In this document: positions 25,544-39,529 of the stretch, piece by piece
Layout: every line of letters starts with the position of its first letter
Numbering within the stretch: the stretch's first letter is position 1
Assembly: GCF_006345805.1 (NCBI RefSeq)
Contig: NC_043005.1
Span: 96,348,001 to 96,412,000, forward strand
Reading direction: 5' to 3'
DNA: 64,000 nucleotides
From: Octopus sinensis
Taxonomy: Eukaryota
Made by a program: the position numbers and the translations under genes
The notes under the pieces: model-generated
Seen by the model: the letters and a program-made list of their open reading frames with translations, nothing else
The model's database searches: none
What the model was told of the DNA's origin: nothing

Positions 25544-25742
25544 TAAACAGTGATGAAAGTGTTAACTTGGGTATTCCTCATTCAACATCATCTCAGTTAT
25601 CGAAATCTCCATCCCTTGATATACTCCACTTAGAAGATAGTACTCGTGATTCTTTGCTGAAGATTCTCACCCCAGAAGAATATGATGCTGTTGCACGGTT
25701 GCCTGCTGCTCGCAATGCTGATGACCTGAAACTTTTCTCTAA
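25544..25742 (+). CDS. NPRL3: NPRL3 exon (VNSDESVNLG...LTPEEYDAVARLPAARNADDLKLFSK)
   Basis: TTTCAG acceptor, AA|GTATAT donor, 199 nt, phase 1 to 2. Matches human [26 protein letters not shown]. Confidence 0.92.
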
Positions 25743-25838
25743 GTATATAATCTAGTTTTTCTTTTCAACAATGCCAAATAATGTATTTTTCTTTTTTTCC
25801 TCAGAAAGGATGAGTGAATTTTAATGAGTTACACACAC

Positions 25839-25876
<38 letters not shown>

Positions 25877-26428
25877 ATGTGAGGGAATATTATTCCAAAC
25901 TTACAGGGAAAAATTCAATTTAGAAATACTAAATCAAATTTATATTATAAATCTATTATATGTAATTTTCTAGATGGTTTGATTTAATTTTTCATTTTGA
26001 ATTGATAAAAGGTGTTTTTTTTCTAATATATATATATATATATATACTAGATACTATTCTGGCTGTTTATGTTCTGAGTTCAAAATCCACTGAAGTCAGC
26101 TTTGCTTTTCATCCTTTCAGGGTTGATAAAATAAAGTAAGAGTCAAGTACTGGGGTTTGTGTAATCAACCAATTCCCCTCCCTTCAAAATCAGAAACCAT
26201 TATTATTATTATTATTTAAAGAGGAGAGCTGGCAGAATTGTTAGCATGCTGGATGAAACGTTTAATGGTATTTTGCCCATCTTTACATTCTGAGCTCATA
26301 TTCCACTGAGGTGGACTTTGCCTTTCATCCTTTCAGCGATAAGTTAAGTACCAGTAAAACATTGGGGTCTATGTAATTGACTTGTCTCTTCTCACCAAAT
26401 TTCAGGCCTTGTTCCTTTAGTAGAAAGG

Positions 26429-26469
<41 letters not shown>

Positions 26470-27700
26470 TATTTAAGGCAGCGAGCTGGCAGAGTTGTTA
26501 GCATGCTGGATGAAATACTTAGCAGTATTTCGCCCATTGCTATGTTCTGAGTTCAAATTCTACTGAGGTCGACTTTGCCTGTCATCCTTTCAGGGTTGAT
26601 AAATTAAGCCTTCTGAGTGGATTTGGTAGATGGAAACTGAAAGACGCCTATCATGTGTATATGTATATATATGTGGATGTGGCGTGCAAGAGAGACGTCT
26701 GCACTGGTATGGTCATGTACTATGGATGGATGAGGGGAGATGTGTGAAGAAGTGCCACTCCCAAGCACTTGAAGGAATCTGGGGTAGAGGTAGACCCAGG
26801 AAGACATGGGCTGAGGTGGTCAAGTATGACCTTTGAACGTTGGGTCTCACAGAAGCAATGATGAAAGACTGAGACCGCTGGAGATATGCTGTGACTGCGA
26901 AGACCCGACAAATAACGTGAGTTCATGGCTGTTTCCTGCACCAGCTTCACATAGAAGCCCCAGCCCTTCCAAAGTGCCTTGGATCGCAGGACGGCTTGCT
27001 GTGCTTGAGGAGACCTATTGAGTGAAGTACATCAACATCAAAAAATCAAATGGAAATTGTAGTTGTGATACCTCTGCCGGTGGCACATTAAAAGCACCGT
27101 CCGTACATGGCTGATGCCAGCGTCACCGTGACTGGCTTCCGTGCTGGTGGCATGTAAAAAGCACCAACCAATCGTGGCCGTTGCCAGCCTCCCCTGGCAC
27201 CTGTGCTGGTAGCATGTAAAAAGCACCCATTACACTCTCAGAGTGTTTGGCGTAAGGAAGGGCATCCAGCCATAGAAACACTGCCAGATCAGACTGGAGC
27301 CTGGTGCAGCCTCCTGGTTTCCCAGACCCCGGTCAAACCGTCCAACCCATGCTAGCATGGAAAATGGACATTAAACGATGATGATGATATGTGTGTCCCC
27401 TCCATTACTGCTTGACAACTGGTATTGGTTTGTTTACATTTCCATAACTAATATGACCAACAAAAATAGACCATAGAGTAAGTACCAGGCTTTAAAAAAA
27501 AGACTTGGGGTCAGTTCATTTGACTAGAAATTCTTCAAGGCAGTGCCCCAGCATGGCCATAGTCTAATGACTGAAATAAGTAAAGGATATAAAAGATAAA
27601 AGCACCTATTTCTACAGGGATTGTTTCTGATTTCAAACTCCACATTCGGGCTATTTCTTTTTTCCTCTCATTATCATGTTTATCCTCATTATCATTCCAG

Positions 27701-27857
27701 ACTCTGCTGTTACTTTAATGGAAAACATCATCTTGAAGAAATCATGTATTATGAAGACTTGCGCCGCTCTCAAGTTGTTGCAATACTGGATAAGTTCCGT
27801 GATATTCTTGAAACCTGTACCCATGAAGATCCAGTTACATCCATCTATGTACGGTAG
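27701..27857 (+). CDS. NPRL3: NPRL3 terminal coding exon ([51 protein letters not shown])
   Basis: TTCCAG acceptor, TAG stop. Matches human [22 protein letters not shown]...DKFRSVLVVTTHEDP. The 11 exons sum to 1540 nt in one frame. Confidence 0.96.
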
Positions 27858-28345
27858 CACCCATCTGACACAGAAACTATTTCTGTAGCTTCTTTGCTAC
27901 ACATGCTGTAACAGTTTTATAGGTTCCATTAATTGTGTGAAAGTTTGATAATTGTCTTGACAACCAATTAAAACAAATGAAAGTGGAGGAGAAAAAAAAA
28001 ATATAAAACAATTTCAATTAGTTACATTGATTGATTTCTCCAATTTTTAAATTTACCATTAAATTATTCTTATTTATATATTTATTTCCTTTTCACCATC
28101 CCAAATATTTCAGTTTGGTTCCTATGCTTGTTAAATTTTAAAGCATGACAAGAAAACAGCGTGTGTGTGTGTGTGTGTGTGTGCATGCGCATGCAAAACA
28201 CATCTATCTAAGGAAGATAATCACGCAATTTTTCTTTTACTGTTACACGATTGGTATTATTTATTCAAATGACAATCTTACCATCTGCCTCTCTTCTTAT
28301 CAATTAGTTATGAGAGACATGTAAAAACTAAAGAACCATTGTTTG

Positions 28346-28378
<33 letters not shown>

Positions 28379-28559
28379 TGCAGGTGTGGCATAGGTGCAG
28401 GCATGGCCGTGTGGTAAGAAGCTTGCTTCTCAACCACATGGTTCTGGGTTCAGTCCCACTGCGTGGCATCTTGGGCAAGTCTCTCCTACTATAGCTTTGG
28501 GCTGACCAAACCCTTGTGAGTGAATTTGATAGATGAAACCTGAGAGAGGCCTGTTGTAC

Positions 28560-28593
<34 letters not shown>

Positions 28594-31500
28594 CCATGTT
28601 TGTCTCCCCACCATCACTTGACAACCGATGTTGGTGTGTTTACATCCCCATAATTTAGCGGTTCAGCAAAAGAGACCGATAGAATAAGTACTAGGCTTTC
28701 AATTTGTTTGACTAAAGGCAGTGCACCAGCATGGCCACAAATGACTGAAACAAATAAAAGAATATATACACGTATACTGTATAGTATATATATATACTGT
28801 ATAATATATATATATATATCACGTGATCACATGACCGACCGGGCTATCAGATGTTGCTACACATCGCTGGTCACAATGCGCTTCACATTGCTTTAGCCTT
28901 CAAAAGATGCCACCCTGCTGGCTAAGCGAGCAGGCCAATATATATATATATATATGTATATGTATATACTGTATTATATTTATATATATATAATATACAT
29001 ATACTGTGTTATGTATATACTGTATTATATTTATATATATATAATATACATATACTGTGTTATGTATATACTGTATAATATATTTATGCATGTATGTATG
29101 TATTGTGCAGTGTATTTATAATATATAGAGGTATATATTATGTGTATGTCATAATTTTAATCTGTAATGATGTTTGATTCATGAATGAGAACATTAACTA
29201 TAATGGACAAAATTTTTCTGAATTGGTGGTTAATGCTTGTCACATCACAACACAGAATTCAAAATCGAATCTAAAAAGAATGAGATTTGATAAGTGACTT
29301 TGGTGGTGAAAATATATTGGGATTAGAAAGGAAATATTGTCTCAGGATGATCAAAAAATTATCAAGATATTAATGTTTGACGTAAGGCCAACCCATTTTA
29401 TTTTGCTGATGATGGAATGCTCTAATGTGAACCAGGATTTTGTGTCATGTCACAAAGGATAGTTACTAGTATTGATAGGTTAGCAATGATCTGAAACATC
29501 AGTGTCCGCTTCATCATATGATTTGCAACCATACACTTTTTCAGATTGTATCATGTTAGCTCAGTCTGGAAATTGGTGCTAATCAGAAATAAATTCTGTA
29601 ATAAAACTATAGCAACAATTGTTAGCCATAAGTGTGAATTGATAAACTTCTCTGCTTTCCTCCATTGTTTTCAAGTTAGTGTGGGTTGAATGATTTTGTA
29701 AATTCATACATTTGCAAGTATTAGTGGATTTTTGCTAACCACTCAATTAAGAAGTGTGAATTTGAGACGCTATATTATTCTCTTCTATATTAACTGAATC
29801 TTTAAATCTCAATGGAATGCTTGAAACTGCCATCTTTGATTTGGTAATCACTCAATTTCCATTCTCAATAACAATAATGATAATTATTGCTATATCTGAT
29901 TTATATGTATTTAAGTTTTATTCATATCTTTGGCATATTTTAATTATTCCGGTTGTGAAGTTAACATGTTAGGTTACTGACCACATGGTAATGAATTCTT
30001 ATGACACTTGAATATTGCACACGAACTTGCTCCTGTTCAACTGGCCAATAGTAGGTTCTGCTCCCTAATTTATTATTGAGTGGTGACCCATGGGCATAGA
30101 GTCTGTTTGAGCAGAACTGACTAGGGACTCCTCAGTTACATCAACAGCCTTTGAGTTAATGATATCATATACATAAGTACAAGTTATGTAAGGGGAGCCT
30201 CTACATGATCACTTAATCTGTTAGAAATAGCAATCACATATCCCTCTAATCATACTCTCTGTCTTAAAAGTGATAGGACATATTGGACAGTGCGGTCCTG
30301 GCTATACAAAAGGACAAGATGGTCAGAGCAATCAAACCAACCCTATTGTCTTAAAAAGAAAAGCATAACAACGTAATCTTAAACACCCATTTATCTGGAG
30401 AAAAAAATGAGGATCACTGCTGGAATACCTTTGCTCATTTGATCATGGGTCTGCTCAATCAGGGCTGGTTTAGGGTTAAACAATAATATATATTAGCACT
30501 TGAAACCATTGTGTAGTTTTAGTATACCCACATGACTGATAACACTATATTAGTTTAGTACACAAGAAATGCATAGTGTAATAGTTTTTAATAGATCAGT
30601 AAATTTGATGATGTATTTTGTTTCAATATGCTATAACTGTATAATTCTAACATAATGATGATGTTTTTGACTTTTTATGGTCTAAATATTATTAAATATT
30701 ATTGAAAAAAAAATCACTCCTCATTATTCATTTTGATACTAATGATGAATTTAAGAAATAATTTCACGTAACTTAGATACAATTTAGACAAGTGTTTCAT
30801 CACCTTGAATTGTGAATTTCTGCCAGAATCCTGCCTTATAGTAACAATCTTCAGATCTCAACACTTTTTTTTACATGGTCTTATGTACTTTTTGAAAAAC
30901 CTGTTGTCATTTTTTTCTTCCATTGTATCATTATAAACCCAGGATGAGTATTTTAAAATTGTTATGCTTTTATATTTTATCTTATTATTTTATTTTTTTG
31001 ATTAGCTGCTAAATTAGAAGGCATAAATTGAAATGAAATTAGTGGTTATACTCATTGGGAAAATATTCTGTTATGTCTGTTGTTAGATTTGCAAACAAAG
31101 CCCTTGTTTGTAGCTTGAAAACTGTTATTAGGTCAGCACTATAGAAAAGCCTGTAGCAAGAGAATCACTTGTGACATTGTATTCAGTCAGTAAGGAGAGG
31201 TTGTACCTTATGAGTAACAAACACTGCACTTAGTCTACCTAACTGTAATTAAGATGCACAGCGGGGTAGTTTTCAGTACTGTATACCAATGCTGAGCTCC
31301 AATCCTCTCATGGGCCTGGAGAAGGCAACATGAAGCTGTTACTGTGCATCTTTTCCAAAATACAGACATATCCTCCTCAGAAATAAATAGGGCTGATCAT
31401 TCATCAATGGATAACTCTGCTTAGAAATGCTAATATTTTATTTGTAATACTTTTTTTATAACTTAATTGTAATATGAAACAATTAGAGAAAAAAAATGTA

Positions 31501-31750
31501 CAAAACAAATTCACACACACGTACATAAGCAAAACATCTAATTTATATGTTGTTTATTAATTTTGTTTATCTTTTGTTTTTATTTTTGTATATTGGCTGT
31601 GAAATTGTTATTGATTTCTTCCACATTTCTTAATTGGCTTGAATATTTTAATTACTGAGTTCCTGGCCAATTTGTTTCCATCATTAAAACTGTAATTTAT
31701 CATTACAGTCATATAAAGAAAAAAAAAATTTTTTAATCTATTTTGTCTTA

Positions 31751-31800
31751 AATAAAAGAAAAATATTGTATTCCTTGTTGTTTTAGTGTTTTGTAAAGAG
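31751..31800 (+). terminator. Candidate NPRL3 polyadenylation signal
   Basis: AATAAA at 31751-31756 followed by a GT/T-rich tract (TTGTTGTTTTAGTGTTTTGT), at the end of a repeat-poor stretch. Confidence 0.35.
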
Positions 31801-33831
31801 TCAACAACTTAGTAAGAAGTTGTGTGTATATCATCATCATCACCACCATTGTCATCATCACCATCATCAATATCACTTGGTACATGCATCAAAGAAAAAA
31901 ATTTTTGTTGTGTCTTGCTCTTTTGGCATTCTTATCATTAACCATTTTACATCTCAAACTGGATGCATTTTATTGTGCAACCAACACTAGAGAATCTATC
32001 TGGGACAGAATTAAAGAATCTCTGTAACATGTATCCATATCTGCTGGATGTGTAATGCCAGTGTGCACACACAACAGAGTATAAGTGCCCTGTGAAGAGA
32101 GTTGGACCTAAGAAGCATCAGATGTGTTGTGCAAGAGAGATGACTGTGCTGGTATGGTCATCTGTTACGTATGGATGAGGAGAACTGAGTAGAGGGAACC
32201 TGTGGAAGAGGTAGGCCCAGGAAGACCTGGGATAAGGTGGTGAAGCATGACCTTTAAACGTTAGGTCTCATTAAAGCGATGATAAGAACTGAGACCTTTG
32301 GAGATATGCTGTGCTTGCGAAGACCTGGCAAGCCAAGTGAGACTGTAACTGTGGCCTATGCCAGGGCAGCATAACCAGCCCACTTAAGAGTACCCTTCAA
32401 TCATTGGGCAAGAAACTGCACTTGTGAAGATCTGTTGAGGCATGTGAAGTTGTCATGGCCGATGACAGTACAACCTGATTGGCACATAAAGAGCACTGTT
32501 TGAGCGTGGTCGATGCCAGTGCTGGTGGCACGTAAAAAGCACCATTTGAACGTGATCGTTGCTAGTGCCACCTGACTGGCTCCCCTGCCGTAAAAAGCAT
32601 CATTCGAGCATGGTTGATGCCAATGCCAGCTGACTGGTCCCGTGCTGGTGGCATGTAAAAAACACCCATTGCACTCTTGGAGTTAAGAAGGGCATCCAGC
32701 TGTAGAAATTTTGCCAGATCAGATTGGAGCCGGATGCAGCCTTCTGGCTTACCAGCCCTGTCTAACCATCCAACGCATGCCAGCAGGGAAAGCGGATGTT
32801 AAATGATGGTGGTGATGATGATATATATATATATATGTGTGTGTGTGTGACAGACTTCTTTCAGTTTCTGTCTACCAAATCCACTCACAAGGTTTTGGTC
32901 AGCCTGGGGCTATGTTAGAAGGCACATGCTCAAGGTGCTATGCAGTGGGACTGAACCCAAAACCATGTGGTTGGGAAGCAAGCTTCTTTGCACACAACTA
33001 TGCATTTCATTTTTCTTTCTTAGTTGATTTTATCTTTACACATGCATTTACTCAGATATTTCCTTTTAATTTCCATTAGCTGAATTTTTTTTATTAACAA
33101 CTTCCTGTTTCATTCCTCAAATTTCATACAAACATCAGAGGGATGAAACTTAATCATGAAATTCAAAGTTGCAGTATCAAATACATACATACATATATAT
33201 ATATATATCATCATCATCAGTTAATGTCTGTTTTGCATGGCTCAGATTGTTTGGCTACAGCTGGCAAACTGCACCAGATTCTAGTTGTCTATTTTGGCTT
33301 GGTTCCTATGACTGGATGCTGTTCCTAATGCCAACCACTTTACAGAGTGTACTGGGTGCTTTTTATGTAGAATCAATATGGGTTCTTTTTATGTGACACA
33401 AACACAGGGGTTGTGCTACACCAAATTCTCTGTCATTGAACTTGCTTATGTCACGGTTACATTTTCAGTTATAACATTGTAGAACGATAGTGAACTTTTC
33501 ATGGTAGTGGATTGTATTTGAAGAATATGAAGAATACGTTGCAAGTAAGAGAGATCAACCTCATGCTAGAATATGAAGAATTTTTTACAAATTTAATGTG
33601 CCAACCAACCAACCTTTAAATCTAGTGTCCATAAGATGAAACCTTGAAACGATTACTCAACCTGCTAGAAAAAGCAGCTAAATCTTTCCCATCCCATCCT
33701 CTAAGACTGAAGAAAACATTGGATAATATAATTCTAAACATATTTTGATTGAAAAATAGTAATAAAAAAAGATGAGATAGCTTCAATTATGCCTTTAATC
33801 ATAAGTCTTCTCAATCATGGCTGACCTGGAG

Positions 33832-34060
33832 TTAACCATTTCGTTACTGTATTTATTTTGAGATGCTCTGTGTTTCTTCTAATTATTTTAAATATAAGAA
33901 AGAATTTAGTAAAATAACATCGTTATCATTGAGCTAGTGTTAGGAACATAAATTGTGACTAAGATTTGGTGGAAATTTTGAATTCAAAACTTATGAAAAC
34001 AAGACATTTACACTAAAGAGCCAGAGCCGGTTTCAGCCGGGTTGGTAACAAAAGGGTTAA
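33832..34060. mobile_element. piggyBac-type MITE, copy 3
   Basis: TTAA|CCATTTCGTTAC...GTAACAAAAGGG|TTAA. Confidence 0.85.
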
Positions 34061-34799
34061 ACAACATTAACGATAATAACTAATGAAGTAGTTTTTATAT
34101 GGACATTCAATTAGCTAGAAACAGTAATCAAATTTCCTTTAAATTATATTCTACCATCTTTAAAAAATTAAAGTATGTGTCAAATAGTATAGTCTTAGAT
34201 ACAATGCCTGAAAAATAAAATGAGATAGTCAAGGCTGGAATACCTTTGATAATAGAACAATAAAAACTGGTTATAAGTGGAGTAAAATGATCCCGAGCAT
34301 AAGTGAAGAACTTGACTGACAGGAAGCTTCTTACATGACCATTAATGTTAAAAGTAAAGAATATTACTAAAAGAATAGGGTATGTGTATGCTTGTACAAT
34401 GTGATAGTAATAAAATACACAAGGCAGAAGTGTGAAAGGAAATGGAATAAAGTGAATAAAAATAACAGAAATATGTGTCACATGAAGAACACATCAGTGG
34501 GATTAAAAGTATCAAATATTTGTGTAGCTAAAGACAAAAAGAAAGCTTCATTGTAAATTCCTCGAGTTGAATAACAGTAAGTCAACACTAATTTATCTAG
34601 ATAGAAATCATGTAATATTTTTGATGGCAGAACACAGCTGGACTCTTGGTAGAGTCAATTGATAAAATCATATTTTTTAGCAGAATTTGTGTAGATTGGT
34701 TGTTAAGTATTTGAAGAGAATTTTTGTCAGTGAAATAAAGTGAATCAGAGAATGAGAAATGTTACAATGTGGCGGTGTTCTTGAATTGCTTTAAATAAA

Positions 34800-36090
34800 A
34801 ATAATATAATAATAATGAAATTATTGTATACAGTGCTCAGGTGCACCACAACTTGTCAGAAAGTGCGTATAAAGCATATGCAGTAATGTACAAATGTCTG
34901 GGAAGCGAACAGTGTATGAGTCAGATACATGCTTGCTTGTGTATATGGAAGGGAGAAAATCAAGTGTAGTGTTGGCGAATCTCGAGAAGCATGGAAGCTT
35001 TGAAGGATGCAGTGCTCCGACAACTAACAACTGATGCCCGCAGTCTGTTCCATGCTTCAGCAACTCTTAGCATGAAAAAATGTTTCAGAAAGTCATGGGA
35101 GCTGTGCTGTTTTCTGACTTTGTAAATATGTCCACGAGTGTTAGACGGGTGGAGTTTGATGAGGTGCTCAGAGTTATTGTTTGTAAGATGGTTAATAATT
35201 TTATGGGTGTCTGCCAAGTCAGCTGCCAGACGGAGTTTCAATGTGTCCATGCCCAGGGAAGTAAGGCATTCAGAATATGGCAAATGCCTGATGGAGAGTA
35301 TTCTTTTGGTTGCACGTTGTTGAACGGCTTCCAGACGATTAATATCCTGGGCAAGATAGGGGGTTCCAGACCGGTGATGCAAATTTCAGGTGAGGTCTTA
35401 CCATAGCTATATAAAGCCGGAGAGCAGTTCACAAAGGACTTGGTGAGTGATGCCAAGACACCCTCAGCCTTCTTGGCAATTTTAACGATGTTTTGTCCAA
35501 CGCAAATCGCTGTCGACAATAACACCCAGGTCATGTTCACACAAAGACTTTTTGAGATTTGTGTTGTGGAGGGAGTAAGTGGACGTTGGGTTTCTCCTCC
35601 CAAAATGCATGGTGGTACATTTGTCCACAGCCAGCTTGAGTTGCCAGTCCATGATCCACTGTTGCATTGTGTCCAGGTCTGATTGCAATAAAGATCTGTA
35701 GTGTACAGGATCTGTCCTCTTTATTTCGAGGTACTGCTTGATGTCATCTGCATATTTCAGCACTGTGGCATTCTTTAAGTTGGCATCTATGTCATTAACA
35801 TATGCAACAAATAAAAGGGGGCCAAGAACAGATCCCTGTGGTACACCAGATGTCATCTCATAGGGTGAAGAGTGCTGTCCTAGAACTGTGACAACCTCTT
35901 TTCGGTCGAAAATAAAGGACTTCATCCAGTTATGGAGTTCGTCTCTTACGCCCAACGCAGAGAGTTTCACCATAAGTCTTTTGTGTGGCACAGAGTTAAA
36001 AGCCTTAGCAAAGTCCAGGTAAACAACATCCACCCAGGATCCGCGATCAGTGATTTGGGTAATGTCCTCAAGAAACTCCTTGAGTTTCTT
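34800..36090 (-). mobile_element. 5'-truncated CR1-clade LINE (RT + 3' end)
   Basis: VYLDFAKAFNSVPH, GVPQGSVLGPLLF, YADD. Frameshifted C-terminus; (ATT)n-like tail near 34800. Confidence 0.9.
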
Positions 36091-36489
36091 GAGGACATTA
36101 CTTGAATCACTGATAATCCTTTCTAATTCCGGTACAAAGTCAGCAGTTTTGGTGGGAGTAGAAGTCAATTACATGAACCCCAGTGCTCAACTGGTACTTA
36201 CTTTATCAAACCTGGAAGGATGAAAAGCAAAGTCCACCTTGGCAGCATTAAACTCAGAATGTAAAGAGCCAGAAATAGATTTGAATTTTGGTACAAAGCC
36301 AGCAATTTTTAGGGTAAGGGTAGACGATTACATCAATACCACTACATGACCTTGGAACATAAAGAGCCAGAAGGGAAATGCTGCAAAGTGTTTTGTCTGA
36401 CCTGCTAATGATTCTGCCAGATTGCTATCTTGAACTTGCTTTAAAATTATAATCCCAATTTAACCTTTGAAATATTGTAATACAAGGTT

Positions 36490-37815
36490 TTCCTTTCAGC
36501 TAACAGCAGCAGCAACAACAACAACCACCACCTTTCTAGACCTAGTCCTACATGCTCTATTTTGGCTACCTTCACTAGGAATATATTGGATCTCCTCTGA
36601 GGATCCACTTCTATGCAGAGCATCTTTATAGCATGGGATGGCATTGTGAAAAGCTACTTCATCCGAAGATAATGATGAAACCTGCTCCCCTATATTATTG
36701 ACCATATTTTTAAGTATGACAGGTGGGTGATTAGACCCTTTGTCGATATAGCATAGCTTTTCATTGGGTTTATGAAAGGGCTTAGAGCTATTAGATCCTA
36801 AATCTAAATTGATGTCTAGAAAATTGACATTTTTTAGGTTTGTGTCTATCATAATTATCCAGCTTTTTCTTTGGAAGAATGCAATGAGATTCTTTCTGAG
36901 GCCATCAAGTTCATATTATGGGTGACTATAAGGCCATCATCCCTATATAACCCTATGTTTAACGAAGGAAATTCAGTTTTTTAAACTATATAAAATGTGA
37001 ATGCTTATTAACATGCACAATTCTGCTCTGACATATGTCCATTCTTTTTTACTCAGGTCAAAAAAAGTAGAGATTTCCTGGCATTTTACATGGTACATAC
37101 TCTTTGGCAAAATCTAGTGCTCTGAGAAGTATAAGTCTGGATATAGATGGGTAAAAGTCTACTATGTAAAACAGTGTAAATTTACAGGTGTTCTTATCTC
37201 TGATGCCTTTAAAACCAGTCTGTAATCAACCCATGATTATCCCAAAGATGTAAATTGAAGGCCCTACTTAATTTATCTAGAATTGAATCTATTTCTGTTT
37301 TTGTTGGGTTAATCAACCTACATTTAGGGTTTCTATTAAAATTATTTTTATAGTCTTTAAGGGTGATAAAAGGGGAAGGGATTCTACTCTGTCACTAACA
37401 TTAAGGTCGGAAGCGATTCTTCTTGCTTCAATGTTCACCTCTCTGTATAAATTATTTGTTTTTTGTACGTATCTGTGATGCTATTTAATAAGAGCCTGTT
37501 ATGAAGATTTTTGTTGATTGCATATAAATTTTTTGCTTTGTCTGATTTCACAAAAATGTTGTCTGTTTTTAATATTATTAATTTTTCTTGCATAGTTTTT
37601 TTGTACTAGATCTGTGATTTTTCTAAATTTAATTCTCCTTGCCAGTTTAAACAGATCCCTTTCAAAAGGCTCTATTTCTTTGATAGCTGGTGGGTTTCTT
37701 CTGGACTTAAATCTGTATTTGTTTGTGTTTTCTTGTTTTTTTTTTATCAAAGAAATACACACAACATCTAATTTTGCAGATGAACTCCTCTGTTTTTTCT
37801 GTGAGGCTTTTTAAA
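36490..37815 (-). mobile_element. Second, more decayed Penelope-like ORF (related subfamily)
   Basis: KYRFKSRRNPPAIKEIEPFERDL (N-terminal region) and NFLDINLDL..KPFHKPNEKLCYIDKGSNHPP (RT thumb). Alignable to the 40-41 kb copy. Confidence 0.8.
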
Positions 37816-38350
37816 TATTGCTTATTCACATGCACACACACACACACACACATATAAAACAAGTAACAAGGATTTCTGATATCCACATGAGGTTAAAAAT
37901 TAGCAGAGGAGGGTAACCTAACACACAATTGACATTCTGTTACTGATGAAGACAGAGTTGAATGCATTTAATCTGTGATGCTATGATTTCTGGCAAGTCA
38001 CTATTTATAAGTAGTAAATAATTAATTTGCTTAGCATTAGACACTGAAAAACCCGTTAGTAACAGTGGTGAGTGAAATGCTATCAATAACATTACAGGAA
38101 AAAAAAAAGGAAAAAAGAAAGAAAAAAAGAATTTAAAATCACCATGGTTTATATAGATATTTGTATGTTACAGAAGAGTGGTGAGTCCCTGTAGAACAAT
38201 GACGAGTCTCTGTAGAAGGCCTTATAAAACAAAGGCCAGTTCTTGGAGAGATAACTCTAAAATATATTGGATTCTTTGGTGAGTTCTTACTCACGCACAT
38301 ACATACATATATATATACTTTATTTAAAGCAGCAGAAAATTCAACAAAAC

Positions 38351-38388
38351 CTGTTACTCTGAGTTTCCCGTTGCTGTTCATCGGACAG
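38351..38388 (-). ncRNA. Hammerhead-like motif with CCGAUGA core
   Basis: CUGU-CCGAUGA-acagcaacgg-GAAA-CUCAGAG-UA-ACAG. Stems I and III pair; stem II is weak. Confidence 0.5.
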
Positions 38389-38536
38389 TTTTTGCTAGAA
38401 TGGAACCAATATGTCAATTCTATCCAGACTATTACAAACGCTACACCTTCAAAAAATGGACTTGTTTGATTGGCCCTTTAGAAATAACGGTCAATTTTCG
38501 GGCGATAAACAAAAATGAGCTCAAAAAAATATATAT

Positions 38537-39182
38537 GTTAGTTAGTTAGTTAATTTGGCTCAAAAGCAAATAGCAAGGCCATGTAGGGGGACATCGAGTT
38601 AAGTACAGGGTGGTGTTCATGTAAAGAGTTCAGGCCACTTGAGGTCAAGGGAGGCTTTGAACAAAGCGGTCATTGGCATCTTCATCATCTCGTCTGGCAG
38701 CTTGTTCCACGGATCCGCAACCCGGACGGAGAAAGCTCCTCTCCTTCGATTGAGATGAAATCGTCGCAGGTAGAGCTTTTTGGAATGACCCCGCAGCCGA
38801 CGCTCTGGAGCAGGAGTGAAGAACAGCTCTTTCGAGAGGTTACACTTTCCGCTTATGATGTTGTGGGCGAGAATGAGATCACCACGGCAGCGGCGTTTTT
38901 CTAGAGAATAAAGGTCGAGCGTCCTCAGCCTTTCTTCATAGGACAAATTTTTGAGACCATGAACCATGCGGGTAGCCAGCTTCTGGACTCTTTTGAGATG
39001 CTGTATGTCTTTGAGGAGATAAGGAGAAGAGGCTTGAATCCCGTACTCCAATATGGGTCTCACCAGCATGACATAGAGTGGTAGGAATATGGCTGCTGTG
39101 AGCATTCCGAATGACCGTCGAATCAAGAACAGAATTCCGCGTGCTTTGTTGGCAGCATGGACGCACTGGGCCGAAGGCAAAG
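38537..39182 (-). mobile_element. 5'-truncated CR1-clade LINE 3' fragment
   Basis: Uninterrupted 187-aa ORF (LVRPILEYG..RVQKLATRMV..LSYEERL..LDLYSLEKRR.RGDLI) ending in a (TAAC)n tail. Confidence 0.9.
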
Positions 39183-39529
39183 TTTAAGACATGAGTAAGG
39201 GAGGGGGGACGTAAAGTTGCATGACTCTATACAAGTATCGTATAGGTAGAGAAAAAAACGAAAGAAAGAGAGAGAAAAAAGAAAAAAAGAAGAAAAAAAG
39301 GAGAGGTGGGGAAAAAAACGAAATAAGAAAAATTACATATACAAGCTGTGTAACCACGTATATTGACATATATATAGAGACAAGTACACAAACACACGAG
39401 TTCAAGTGGATACATACACATATGATTATGTATGTGTGTGCTTAAGTACAAACATATGCTCACTTACACATACACAGAGATGTATGCTTACAAATACATA
39501 TTCGTGGCTATACACATATTTACATCAAA

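Noticed and set aside
25718-25731. CTGATGA-cct-GAAA inside an NPRL3 exon
   Set aside because: No room for stem II and no stems I or III; chance match in coding sequence.
34128-34481. 117-aa hydrophobic - strand ORF (similarly 53410-53619 and 50201-50827)
   Set aside because: AT-rich chance ORFs or repeat-derived; no family motifs recognised.
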